Assembly (NCBI GenBank): GCA_965217775.1
Contig: CBDCJH010000002.1
Coordinates: 1-64,000, forward strand
Reading direction: 5' to 3'
Length of the DNA: 64,000 nucleotides
From: Acidobacteriota bacterium
GTDB lineage: Bacteria; Acidobacteriota; UBA6911; RPQK01; JAJDTT01
Both the position numbers and the translations under genes were made by a program. Below the pieces are notes generated by a model that made no database searches, was not told where the DNA came from, and saw only the letters and a list, made by a program, of their open reading frames with translations. Each line of letters begins with the position of its first letter. The first letter of the stretch is position 1. Of the stretch, positions 16,341 to 27,000 are shown piece after piece.

Positions 16341-18584
16341 ATGAGTCTTGGAAGAGGGTTGATTCGTCTGACACTGCTGTTGCTATTGGTGCCGGGCTTG
16401 GCATGCAAACGGCTTCCACAGGTGGATGTCGTGATGGGCAGTGCGGCGCCGGAGCTGGAGCGCTTTGCGGCCCGCGAGCTGTGTGACTACCTGGCCCAGC
16501 TCTATGGGATTCAGGCCTATCCGGCGCGGAGCCCTTCCGCCACCTCCGAAGCGGTGATTCTGATCGGCAGTCCGCGGACCAACGCGACGGTGAAGGGGGT
16601 GACCGGGAGACCGCCCTTTCCGGAGGTCAGCGATCAGGGAATCGTGCTGCGACGGACGGAGCTGGGGGGACGGCCGGCACTGATCGTAGCCGGAGGCAGT
16701 CCCCAAGCGACCTTGTGGGCGGTCTACGAGCTGGTGGAGCGCTGGGGCGTACGCTATTTCACGGACCGGGACGTATTGCCGGACCGGGGGAAAGCGTTCG
16801 AGCTTACGGACCTGGATGTCGTGATGGAGCCGGTCTTTCGAGTTCGGGGACACCCGAGCATTCAGGACTTCGCTCCCAGCGGTGAGTCCTGGGGCATGGC
16901 CGACTTCCGGATCCTGATCGACCAGCTCGCAAAGATGAAGTTCAATCGGCTGCACATCTACCCCTACATGTACCAGCCTTATCTGCACTGGGAGCACAAG
17001 GGGATCAAACGGCGCTCTACCTCCCTTTGGTACGGTCAGCGGTTTCCCATCACACCGGACATGTGGGGGCGGGAGCTGTTCGAAGATGCCAGCGAATTCT
17101 GGAATCCGGATCTGCCCGTGAGAGGTCGTTATGTGGACATGATGGCCGCCGGCGAGCGGCAGGTGCACAATCTGATCGAATACGCGCACCGCCGGGGCCT
17201 GGAGTGCGACGTCACCGCTCCCACCAACGATTTTCCTCCCGAATTCGCGCCCTTGTTGAGAGGAGCGGAGAAGTCATTTCAGCTCGCGGTGCGTCCCGGT
17301 TCGAACACGCCCGTGGACGACCCGGTGGTATTCGACCTGTCCGCCGCCATCCTGCGCGCGACGGTCAACACCTATCCGGAAGCGGACCGCGTGAGCGTTG
17401 CGATGCCGGAGGAAAAGCAATGGCTGGCGGAGTATGAACGCGCCTGGAAACTGCTGGATGCCAAATACGGAATCAGCCGGATACGTTCGCTTCAGGAGAT
17501 TGTGGCGGCGTCCGGGCAGCGCCAGGGGTCCGGGCGCTGGCCGGGAGAGCTGGGCGCGGCGCAGCTCAAAGGCGATCTCACCTCCCTCTATTTCTATGAT
17601 CGCCTGCTGAATGATCCTGAAATTCTCAAGGGCACCATGCGCCCCGACATGAAGTTCGTCTATGAGGGACCCGCCGAGGAACTGTTCCCCTTCTTCGACC
17701 GGATTCTGCCCGCGGGATCCGAAGTCGGGATCCACCCCGAGAACCAGCCGGAGCACTTCCTGCCGCGCGCCGAGGTTCTCTCAACCCTGAACACGCAGAA
17801 AGTGCCGGGTTTCATGCATGTGACGCTGGACGACGATGTGGTGGGTCTGGTGCCGCAACTGCGGCCGACCGTGCTGCATGACGTCCTGCGGGAATTGCAT
17901 CGTCATGGTTGGACCGGATTCATCGCTCGCGAACGCTTTCCGGCGGACCACGACGCGGTCTTGGCCTATCTGGCGCAAGCCGGCTGGGACCGGGAGGCGA
18001 ATCCGAAGCTGGTGGCGCGCGATCTGGTCCGGACCGTTTGTGGGGAAGGGGCTGTCGAAGATTTGGTGGCGGCCTTCGATCTTGTGGAATCGGCCACTCT
18101 CACCTTGGCCACCAGCCGGGCCGATAGTCCCGAGGCCGGGGTCACGGCCGGAGCGCAGCGTCTTGACATTCCATTTGCCTTTTATGTGCCTCGAATGATG
18201 ATGAAGTTCTGGAGGCCCCAGCCGGTTCCGGCCTATCTGGGATACGTGCAACGGGATTACCGGGAGGCACTGGAGGCGGCCCGGCGTGCCTGGGAGAAGT
18301 CGGAGCCGCAAGGACGATGGTATCCCCAGTTCTGGGTGGGGCGGTTGGAGTTTGCCCTGGGTTACGCCAACACGGTGGAAGCATTGCACCGGGGAGCCCT
18401 GGCTGAGAAGGTCGGTCGACGCCAAGAGGCCCTCAGTCAGGCCCGGAACGGATTGGAGACGCTACGCGAAGCCACGGAAGCCTACGTCCGGGTGGCCCGC
18501 AATCGGACCGATCTGGGCGCCATCGCCGTCCTCAACGAATACGGCTATCGTCCGTTGAAGGCCAAAGTCGCCGAACTCCAGTAG
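16341..18584 (+). CDS. Secreted/lipoprotein glycoside hydrolase-like protein (GH20/GH67/GH115-type N-terminal domain)
   Basis: Lipobox-like PGLAC; FAARELCDYL, IVAGGSPQATLWAVYELVERWG and IDQLAKMKFN motifs; start chosen at ATG 16341 within ORF 16122-18584. Confidence 0.65.
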   Translation: MSLGRGLIRLTLLLLLVPGLACKRLPQVDVVMGSAAPELERFAARELCDYLAQLYGIQAYPARSPSATSEAVILIGSPRTNATVKGVTGRPPFPEVSDQGIVLRRTELGGRPALIVAGGSPQATLWAVYELVERWGVRYFTDRDVLPDRGKAFELTDLDVVMEPVFRVRGHPSIQDFAPSGESWGMADFRILIDQLAKMKFNRLHIYPYMYQPYLHWEHKGIKRRSTSLWYGQRFPITPDMWGRELFEDASEFWNPDLPVRGRYVDMMAAGERQVHNLIEYAHRRGLECDVTAPTNDFPPEFAPLLRGAEKSFQLAVRPGSNTPVDDPVVFDLSAAILRATVNTYPEADRVSVAMPEEKQWLAEYERAWKLLDAKYGISRIRSLQEIVAASGQRQGSGRWPGELGAAQLKGDLTSLYFYDRLLNDPEILKGTMRPDMKFVYEGPAEELFPFFDRILPAGSEVGIHPENQPEHFLPRAEVLSTLNTQKVPGFMHVTLDDDVVGLVPQLRPTVLHDVLRELHRHGWTGFIARERFPADHDAVLAYLAQAGWDREANPKLVARDLVRTVCGEGAVEDLVAAFDLVESATLTLATSRADSPEAGVTAGAQRLDIPFAFYVPRMMMKFWRPQPVPAYLGYVQRDYREALEAARRAWEKSEPQGRWYPQFWVGRLEFALGYANTVEALHRGALAEKVGRRQEALSQARNGLETLREATEAYVRVARNRTDLGAIAVLNEYGYRPLKAKVAELQ

Positions 18585-18729
18585 CTGGTTCCGGGTAGAC
18601 TCGACTGACAGCAGGAAGCGGCTCCCGGGGGTTTGGGAGGAGAGTCGGCCCGTCCGGCGCCGCCGGCGTTGAAAAATCCGGCAGCCTTGCGGGTCCGCGG
18701 CTGTCCACAACCGTTGTCGGCGGCACTTG

Positions 18730-20274
18730 TCAGGCCAAGGCGAACGAGTACAGTTCGGCCTTCTCCATGAAGAATCGGATCTTGCGGAATCGCTCGAACT
18801 CGGGCGCCGGGTAGGGAGCAGTCTCCTCGGGCACGGGCGGCATCTCGGTCCGGCCGTTCCAGGAGAACGTGTGTTCGACCGAGTCTCCTCGAAAGACATC
18901 GCATTCTTCCCGGCTGAAACCGGGGATGACCTGATCCCGGAGATCGACGATTTCCGCGGCGATCGAGCCCCCGCCGTAACACCGCATATTGGCCCTCAGC
19001 CGCCGCCCCTCCGAGATCAGAGGCCGCGTCACCAGGATGCCGCGCCGCGTGGGGCCGGCGTCCAGAGAGACGAACCCGTCCACCCGCAACTTGGCCAGAC
19101 CCAGGGCGTAGTTGACCCCGTCCGGGTCCGTCACCTCGGGTACGTCCAAACCCTCCCGGGCACCGGAAATCCACCAATCGTGATGGTTGGAAGAACCACC
19201 GTGATAGATGAAGAGCTCGTCTCCAACCCGGATGGGCTCGTGGGTGATGGTGGCCATGTAGGCGTCCCAGTGGCCTTCGCCTCGGGGTGTGAGGAAGGGC
19301 TGGCGTTTGTTCAAGTGGTGCCACGTCTTCCCGTTACGGCTGTAAACGAGTCGGACTCCCATCTCATTCGAGACGTAGCTCATGGTGTTGAGGAACCCCA
19401 TTTGCACGCCGCCGGCCGCAAATGGGTAGAAGCCGTAGTAGGTCTCGTCCAGGCCGTCTTCGCCGTCCTCGGGAGTCAATGCCGCATAGGGCTCCGACCA
19501 ATGGATCATGTCGGCGCTCTCCGTCTGCCAGATCCGCCGTTTGTTGATGCGGCGCCAATCCAGGGGATAGTAGGGCGGACAGATCGTCCAAGCTTCCAGC
19601 TCCGGATTGCCCAGGTTCCGGGCGATGGCGTACATGTCGTAATGGCGCATGTTGAGGATGAAGATCCGGCCGAAGGGATCGTAGGAGAGAGCGTTCGAAT
19701 CATCCATTTTGGACCCGGACCGGCCCATCTGGGGCCGTTCCGGCAGGTCGTTCCAGTGCCTCAGGTCTTCGGACGTGGCCGCCATCACCTTCCAGGAGGA
19801 CTCGAACAGCTTCTTGGGGAGATAGCTGAGATAGATGGCTTTGAATCGCCGGGCAGCCTCCTCCTCGTGGGGATCGAGAATATAGGTCATGCCGTAGGCG
19901 TTGGGGATGACGATGTTGGTGTCCCGGCCCTCATGTTGGAACACGTCGAGTTCCGGCTTTCGCCAGTGCACCCCGTCTTCGGACTCGGCGTACAGGAGAT
20001 GGAACGCCGGTGGATCGTGAGGTGTCTTTCCTCGGTTCCAGATCTGATAGACGCATTTGAAGATCCCGTCCTTGGGGTCGCGAACCACGCGGGAGCCGTT
20101 GAAGGTGAAATAGGTGATCTGTTCCCAGGGCCGGTCTCTGACGATGACCGGATTCTCGACCCGGGTCGGCTGGTGCCAGGTGCGGCAGACGTTCTCCACC
20201 GACTCGATGACCAGGTCGTCGACGAAGACCTGCTTGGAATGTCCGATGTCCAGCATCGTGGGTTCATAGATCAT
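18730..20274 (-). CDS. Glycosidase-like five-bladed beta-propeller protein (GH32/43/130-like) with C-terminal beta-sandwich
   Basis: FVDD, YAESEDGVHWRKP, SEDLRHW, SADMIHW and SRNGKTW Asp-box-like repeats; LRVDGFVSL. Confidence 0.7.
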   Translation of the reverse strand: MIYEPTMLDIGHSKQVFVDDLVIESVENVCRTWHQPTRVENPVIVRDRPWEQITYFTFNGSRVVRDPKDGIFKCVYQIWNRGKTPHDPPAFHLLYAESEDGVHWRKPELDVFQHEGRDTNIVIPNAYGMTYILDPHEEEAARRFKAIYLSYLPKKLFESSWKVMAATSEDLRHWNDLPERPQMGRSGSKMDDSNALSYDPFGRIFILNMRHYDMYAIARNLGNPELEAWTICPPYYPLDWRRINKRRIWQTESADMIHWSEPYAALTPEDGEDGLDETYYGFYPFAAGGVQMGFLNTMSYVSNEMGVRLVYSRNGKTWHHLNKRQPFLTPRGEGHWDAYMATITHEPIRVGDELFIYHGGSSNHHDWWISGAREGLDVPEVTDPDGVNYALGLAKLRVDGFVSLDAGPTRRGILVTRPLISEGRRLRANMRCYGGGSIAAEIVDLRDQVIPGFSREECDVFRGDSVEHTFSWNGRTEMPPVPEETAPYPAPEFERFRKIRFFMEKAELYSFALA

Positions 20275-20459
20275 CTTGGGTTCTCCTTTTCGGTTCTGTA
20301 ACCGTGCCGATGGGACCGGTCGTCACCCGGGAACGATTCACCGCTTTCAGAATTCGTGAAACCGTCGGCCGGAGGTGCATCCCGCCTGCCCGAGGGACAG
20401 GGCAACCATAAAGGCCGCTTCTACAAGAGTTGCCACCATTTGCACTTAAAATCGCCCAG

Positions 20460-21885
20460 GAGGCTGTCCGAGAACTCGGTATTGAGCGACGTTCGTCCAT
20501 GACAACGCTCATGGGCGATGGTCGTTGGCTTGGAAGACCATCGAATCCCGGCCTTCAAAGCCGGTGAACTCGAGTTTTTGCGCCATTTTCGACTCGAAAA
20601 GGGCCGATAGAGGCCGGTTTGTGACTTCATCCCCCTTTATCCGCCCCTTTTTCATGCCCAGGCCGCTCGCTTCCCGAACTCCGGACACACCTCTCCCCGC
20701 AGTGCCGCAAAAATGATTTTCTTGAGGTTGTGCGCCCCGCAGACCAGCGAGAACTCCGCCGCCACTTTCGCCTTGCTCCGCAGCCCGAATCCCCGAAATC
20801 CCGAGTTCTTGATCTGCCCGAACACCGGCTCCACGGTCGCCTTGCGACGCGCGTAGATCGCCTGGCTCTCCGGTTGCGACATCCGCTCGTTCATCGCCCG
20901 TCGCAACGGCTCCTTCCCGTCGCTCGTCTCCTCCACCTCATCCCAGGCTGGAGCCACTTCCTGGGCATCGTTCGCCTGCTGGCTCACATGCTGACCCACG
21001 ATCACCTGCGACTTGCCGTCCACGCTGATCTGTGCGTTGTACGCGTACTCGAAGTCCCCTTTTTGCTTCATGATCCGCGCCTCGGGGTCCGCAATGCTGA
21101 TCTGCTTCTTGTCCTCGATCTTCTGACCCGGTCGAAGCTCCTGCTCCCGCGCTTCCAGCGTCTGCTTCATCTCCCGGACCTTCTTCAACCGCTGCTTCTT
21201 GTCGCGCAGGTCATCGGGCAGCTCATACCCGGTCCGCTCCTGGTAGACCCGATCCTCTTCCTCGTCGCAGCGGTCCGCCTGCCGGGTCAAGGCTTCGATC
21301 TCCTCGCACAATTCCTGCTCCTTCTGCTTCAGCCGTCCGTAGCTCATCGCCTTGTGCTTCGAGCTGTTCGCCTTGAACTTGGAGCCGTCCAGACTCACGT
21401 GTCCCAATGACACCAGCCCCAGCGCCAGCGCCAACTGCACCGTCTGTTTGAAGCCAGCCCGGAAGAATTCCCCGCGGTCCTTCCGGAAATCGCTCAACAC
21501 CCGGAAGTTCGGGCAGTTCCTCCCCGCGATGTACATGAACCCCAGATCCTCCCGGCAGCGCTGCTCGATCTGCCGGGAGCTGAACACGCCGCGGCTGTCG
21601 GCGTAGATCAGGATCGAAACGATCTGGCGCGGCGCGTAGGCGCGCTGGCCCCGGTCGCTGTACTGGGCCTCCACATCCGACGTGTCCAGTTGCTCGAACA
21701 GCTCCTGATAGAGGAAACATTCGTGATCCTCCGGCAAGAGGTCGAACAGGTTGGTCGCAAACAACCGACTCTGGCAATAGTCCTTGCGATAGGGCTTGAA
21801 TCGGGGGGCCATCCGACATTCTCCTGATGATCTGTTCCCCCTATTTTAGGGAGCGTCGGTGACAGCCCTATTCTCGGACAGCCTC
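20460..21885 (-). mobile_element. IS1182-family element, internally deleted (transposase ORF 20652-21812)
   Basis: 15-bp terminal inverted repeats GAGGCTGTCCGAGAA (20460-20474) and TTCTCGGACAGCCTC (21871-21885); transposase motifs SSRQIEQRC, LDGSKFKAN, YNAQ and VEPVFGQIK; only 386 aa and lacks the Cys-rich segment seen in the second copy. Confidence 0.92.
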
Positions 21886-22416
21886 CTAGGGAGTTCCGGG
21901 AGCTTTGTAGACCACGATTGCGTCGCTCTTGGTGACGGCGCCAGTAACAATACCCAACGCAGTCCCTATACCAATTGCAACTGCGGGGACGAACAATATA
22001 AGTCTCTGCGCTTCTCCTAGGTCTTTGTTGCCGGCTCTATTGGCAGGGGTCATCATCATGCCTGCAATCCCCAGCCCAGCTCCCGCTGCGGCTCCGATGA
22101 TCGCTCCTTTCCGGGCACCGTTTGCCGCGCCACCCTTCTTCTGAGTTGCAATCGTCTGGATGTCCGCATTCGGAATCACCGCCCGAGCGGAGTGGGTCTC
22201 GACGTCCACGTCCGATGCGGACAGGCTTTCGAAGTTTCCTTCGACCTGATCTCCGTTCTTGAGTTTCACCGTGATGGGTGTTCCCAAGTCCAGAGCAGAG
22301 ACCTTCTCCCAGCGGCCGGGGATCACCTCCGCATGGGCTGGCATGGAGATCAATCCCGTCAGAATCAAAGAGACGATTTGGATCCGGCATGATTTCATGG
22401 TTGGGGATCTCATCAT
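21886..22416 (-). CDS. Small secreted protein, Sm/LSm-like beta domain plus glycine-zipper membrane segments (paralog A)
   Basis: AGGAGG RBS, signal peptide ending AHA-E, GRWEKVSAL..VKLKNGDQVEGNF, GAIIGAAAGAGLG. Confidence 0.7.
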   Translation of the reverse strand: MMRSPTMKSCRIQIVSLILTGLISMPAHAEVIPGRWEKVSALDLGTPITVKLKNGDQVEGNFESLSASDVDVETHSARAVIPNADIQTIATQKKGGAANGARKGAIIGAAAGAGLGIAGMMMTPANRAGNKDLGEAQRLILFVPAVAIGIGTALGIVTGAVTKSDAIVVYKAPGTP

Positions 22417-22619
22417 GGCACCTCCTTCTGCCTGGATCTCCTGCCCCCCATGGGACCGTCCCCACAGAGGGCAGGAGGGACGCATCAGGAAATGTGATTT
22501 TCTCGCCCGGTTGGGCTCACCGAGGCCAGGAATGGCCACAGCAGGGGGGAAAAGGTCGCTCTGCCGCACGGGCATTTTCTGGGAATCGGGGTGGATACCC
22601 CACGGAGAAATTCCGGAAA

Positions 22620-23201
22620 TCAGTCGACGACTGTGACGATTGTCGTCTGGCGATCCAATTGTTTGCCCAGAAAATAGCCGAGAACGCCCCCACCCACAGG
22701 CGCACACACCATGCCAACCATCCGACCCACAGCTGCGGAGCGGCTCAATTCCCTCCATCCTCGGACACCGATGGCAATCGGAAATGACAACCCAGATCCG
22801 GTTCCCAGAAGCAGCCCCAGTCCCCGCGATTTACCTTCTATTCTCTCCACACGGATTTCATTGACTGACGCTTTGGGGACTATGGCGTCCCCACCCCCAG
22901 GGAAGCGCGTTCTATCGGTAGCCATTGTGATGCGACCGAGATGAATGCCACTGTCCTGAACGGCAATCACATCGCCCCGGACGGCACCCCCCTCCGAGAG
23001 CAACACCGTTAACTGTTTCTCTCCGCTCACAAAATCCCGAAGCTCCTCCATGGTCATCTCGCGGCGAATCTCCGTGGCGGCATTCAGCGCCTCGGGAACA
23101 CAGACTAGAGCGATCAAGACTTGCGCCAGCAGCAACGGGATTATCCCCGCCGCTGTGGTCTTCCTCAGCCATCTGTTGCTCTTGCGGATGAGAGTTACCA
23201 T
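22620..23201 (-). CDS. Small secreted protein, Sm-like domain plus glycine zipper (divergent member)
   Basis: GGAGG RBS, hydrophobic N-terminus, LTVLLSEGGAVRGDV..VPKASVNEIRV, GGGVLGYFLG. Confidence 0.65.
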   Translation of the reverse strand: MVTLIRKSNRWLRKTTAAGIIPLLLAQVLIALVCVPEALNAATEIRREMTMEELRDFVSGEKQLTVLLSEGGAVRGDVIAVQDSGIHLGRITMATDRTRFPGGGDAIVPKASVNEIRVERIEGKSRGLGLLLGTGSGLSFPIAIGVRGWRELSRSAAVGRMVGMVCAPVGGGVLGYFLGKQLDRQTTIVTVVD

Positions 23202-23343
23202 GGTGTCCACCTCCTTGAAGTGACTCGGAAATCTGTCGATGGACGCTCGCGGTCACCTTCGAATCATCACGCTCCTGCCCCCGTGGATCGTCCCCACAAC
23301 GGCCCTTTTCGTCTCCCCCTTGCGAATCTCTGTGCTTGGGACT

Positions 23344-23874
23344 CTAGGGAGTTCCGGGAGCTTTGTAGACTACGATTGCATCGCTCTTGGTGACGGCGCC
23401 AGTGAAAATGCCCAACGCAGTCCCGATTCCAGTTGCAACTGCGGGGACAAACAATAGAAAGAGTCCCTGCGCTTCTCCTAGGTCTTCGTTGCCGTCTCTA
23501 TTGGCAAGGGTCATCATCATGCCTGCAGCCCCAACCCCAGCTCCCGCTGCGGCTCCGATGATCGCTCCTTTCCGGGCGCCGTTTGCCGCGCCACCCTTCT
23601 TCTGAGTTGCAATCGTCTGGATGTCCGCCTTCGGAATCACCGCCCGAGCGGATTGGGTCTCGACGTCCACGTCTGATGCGGACAGTCCTTCGAAGTTTCC
23701 TTCGACCTGATCTCCGTTCTTGAGTTCCAACGTGATGGGTGTTCCCAAGTCCAGGGCAGACACTTTCTCCCAGCGGCCGGGGATCACCTCCCCATGGGCT
23801 AGCATGGAGATCAATCCCGCCAGCATCAAAGAGACGATTTGGATCCGGACTGACTTCATGGTTTGGAATCTCAT
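23344..23874 (-). CDS. Small secreted protein, near-identical paralog of 21886-22416 (paralog B)
   Basis: Near-identical protein and nucleotide sequence; AGGAGG RBS; start at ATG 23874 or GTG 23877. Confidence 0.72.
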   Translation of the reverse strand: MRFQTMKSVRIQIVSLMLAGLISMLAHGEVIPGRWEKVSALDLGTPITLELKNGDQVEGNFEGLSASDVDVETQSARAVIPKADIQTIATQKKGGAANGARKGAIIGAAAGAGVGAAGMMMTLANRDGNEDLGEAQGLFLLFVPAVATGIGTALGIFTGAVTKSDAIVVYKAPGTP

Positions 23875-24095
23875 CACGGCACCTCCTTCTTCCTGGTCCT
23901 CCTGCCCCCCGTGGGACCTCCCCACAGAGGGTAGGAGGGACGCATCAGGAAATGTGAGTTTTTCGCCGTGGGAGGCTCACCGGGGCCGGGGGTGACCACA
24001 ACAGGGAGGATTTCCGAATCAGGTGTGGGAGGGGGCGATGCCGGTTAATTTCAGTTAACGGGCGTCGAGCGGGATGCTCTCCTAGAGGGAGATGG

Positions 24096-27000
24096 TTACC
24101 GCTGGACCGGCACCACCGGCAGGGTCGTGAAGATCTGGTTGCCGGTGTCCAACTCCACTGCCACTCCAGTGAACATCCCGTCTCCCGCTGCCGTACACCG
24201 GACCGACCCGACGAAGTCGGTCGTGTCCGTCCTCGTGAACACCTCTTCGATGAACCGGGCATTTTGCCCATTGCCGTCGAGACGGATGTCCACCCGCTCC
24301 AGTTCCTCACCCTGGCTCATCAACCGGCACCGCACCAGGGCGCGTTGTGGCTCCAGATTCCGGATGGCCGCCGCCGTGCGGATTCTTCCCGCCTGCCGCC
24401 GGGCTGGGAACAGGGCGTCGGTCAAGGGTTGACTGGCGCCGACCCCGGCCACGCCGACGCCCGGGATGTCAAATCGCAGGACACCGCCGATGGGACTCGT
24501 GGACACGACTTGCACCGAGCCCGTGACGACCTCTCCCCGCCCATGCGTCGAGATCGTCAACTCACCCAGGCGAGCGATCGCGGTTCGGACGGTCAGACTT
24601 CCGTCGCCTCGCACCACCAGATCCTCCCCGATATCCACCATCGATTCCGGGTCCAGAAGATCGCCCGCCCGATCATAGAAGTAGATGGCCGGCCGGGCCG
24701 TTGACGCCGCCACGTTCACCAGCACCAGGTCGGAGGTGATCAAGGTTCCGTCGGCGGAAGTGCCATTGGCGAAGTGCGCGAAAGTCAGGGTCGTTGCTTC
24801 CTGCTCGCCACCCATCGGCTCCACGGGAACCACCGGCAGAGTGGTGAAGATCCGGTTGTCCGAATCCAGCTCCACCGCCACTCCCGTGAACGACTCACCG
24901 GCCGGGACCGTACAACGCACCGACCCCACGAAGTCCGTGGTGTCGGTCTCCGTGAACACTTCCTCGAGGAACTGCGCATCCTGGCCGTTCGCGCTGAGTT
25001 TGATCTCCCCCTCTTCCAGCACCCTGCCGTCCTTCATCAATCGGCACTGCACGTCGACGGCCTCCATCCCCAGGTTGTGGATGGCTGCCGCGGTGCGTAT
25101 CCCTCCGTCCTGCCGCCGGGCCGGGAACAGGGCGTCCGCCGTGGGTTCGCTGGCGCCGACACCGGCGACGCCGATGCCGGGGATGTCGAAGCGGACCACT
25201 CCGCCGACAGGTCCGTCCGAAACCACCCGCACCGATCCCGTCACCACCTCTCCCCGGCCGTGGGTGGAGATCGTCAGCTCGCCCAGCGAAGCGATCTCCG
25301 TCCGGGGCGACAGCCCTCCGTCGTCCCGGATCTCCAGATCGTCTCCGACATCCACCACGGACTCGGCTTCAAACAGATCTCCCTCCCCGTCGAAGAAGTA
25401 GACGGCGGGACGAATCTCCGACTCGGCGACGTTCACCAGCACCAGGTCGGAGGTGATGAGGACATCGTTGCCCGAGACCCCGTTTCCGAAATGGGCGAAC
25501 TCCAGGATCACCTCCTCGGCCATGGGCGTGGTCTCGACCGGGCTGGAGGGAGGACTTGGACCGACCGAATTCACCGCCCGCACCTCGAAAACGTAGGTCC
25601 GGCCGTTGGTCAGTCCAGTGACCGTATGGGTCAGGTCCGTGGAACCGGTGGAGATCCACTCCCCGGCCCGGTCGATCCGGACCTCGTAGCCGGTGAGGGC
25701 GGAGCGGCCGTCGCTCTCGGGGGCCTCCCAGGAGAGAGTCACTTCACCGTCCCCGGATTCTGCCTGCAGGTTCAATGCTGCCGTGGGCACAGTCGCAGCC
25801 GGAGGCGGTGGTGGCGGAGGAGGAGGCGGCGGTGGTGGCGGCGGCGGAGGAGGAGGCGGAGGCGGTGGAGGAGGTGGCGGCGGGGCCGAGACTTCGTTGT
25901 CCTGGACCGTGACCCGGGCGCTCTGAGTCGAAGTGGGTCCCAGCCGGTACTCGGCTCCCGGCTGCAGCCGGGCGGTGACCCGGCTCGTGGATTCGGCGAC
26001 GTCGTCATCGTCGGTCAACACCTCCAGCGTCGCCGTGTCCTGTCCGGACGGGAACTCCACCTCGTCCGGCGGTTCGTACCCGCCCGAGGTCTCGATCATC
26101 GATCCCGACTCCGTGACCTCCAGGCTCACCGTCAGTGAGGCCTCCGTGGGCGGCCCCCGCGTCAGGGTGAACTCTACGGGGTCGCCTTCCGTGACCGTCT
26201 CGGATCCCTGCTTGGCTGCGATGCTCACCAGTGGCGGGTCCGCCCGTTGATCGGTCAACGCCTCCACCGGGTTGCCCACCTCGTCCTGGATCGGGTCGAA
26301 CCCGGGTGTATAGCTCACCCTTACCGTCTCGCCCGCCGCCACCGCTGAGGTCAGCGTCAAGGTGACGCTGTTTCCTCTCACCTGGACCTGGATGACCGTC
26401 CGGTCATTCCCGTCCACCGTCACCGCGAAGTCGGAACTCGCCGGCCGCGATCCCACATCCAGTGGCTCGTCGTAGGTCAGCGACACCCGCGAGCCATGCA
26501 CCGTCACGCCCTCCAGTCCCGGTACGCTCGCGTCCACCTTGTGGTCCGGCTGCGTCTCGACCGCCTCGTAGCTCCGCCCCGCCGGATTGTCCGACAGATC
26601 CAGGATCTTTCCCCCGTTGAGCGCGATACTTCCGCGCGGGACGCTCACGCCGTCCTCGTCTTCGTCCCCCTTCTCCACCGTGTAGACGAACACCACCGCC
26701 GCCCGGGCGGGACCCGTGCCGGCGCTGGCCCGCTTCCTCCGGTTCCCCACCAGCAGGTCCAGCGTCGGTGTCCCCCGCACCGTGTCCACCGTCACCGTCT
26801 CGTCGTAGCGCACCGTCACGGAGATCATGTCGTCGACCGCGTAGGTCTCATCCGTCCCCGGATAGGAGCTGATCTCGATCCCTTCGATCGACGGGGCCGT
26901 CGTGTCCGGCGTCTGGTTGTCTACGAACTCGTCCCTGAAGGCCTCGGCATCGTTGCCGACCCGGTCCTGGATCGGATTCGATCGCGACTCGTAGCTCACC

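Larger units (their letters stand above)
21886..23995. repeat. Direct duplication of about 0.64 kb (21886-22525 and 23344-23990)
   Basis: Gene body and about 100 bp of upstream sequence (cccacagaggg...ggacgcatcaggaaatgtga) are repeated. Confidence 0.85.

Noticed and set aside
25693-25926. Poly-glycine peptides on the + strand
   Set aside because: Reverse-complement reading of the poly-proline tracts.
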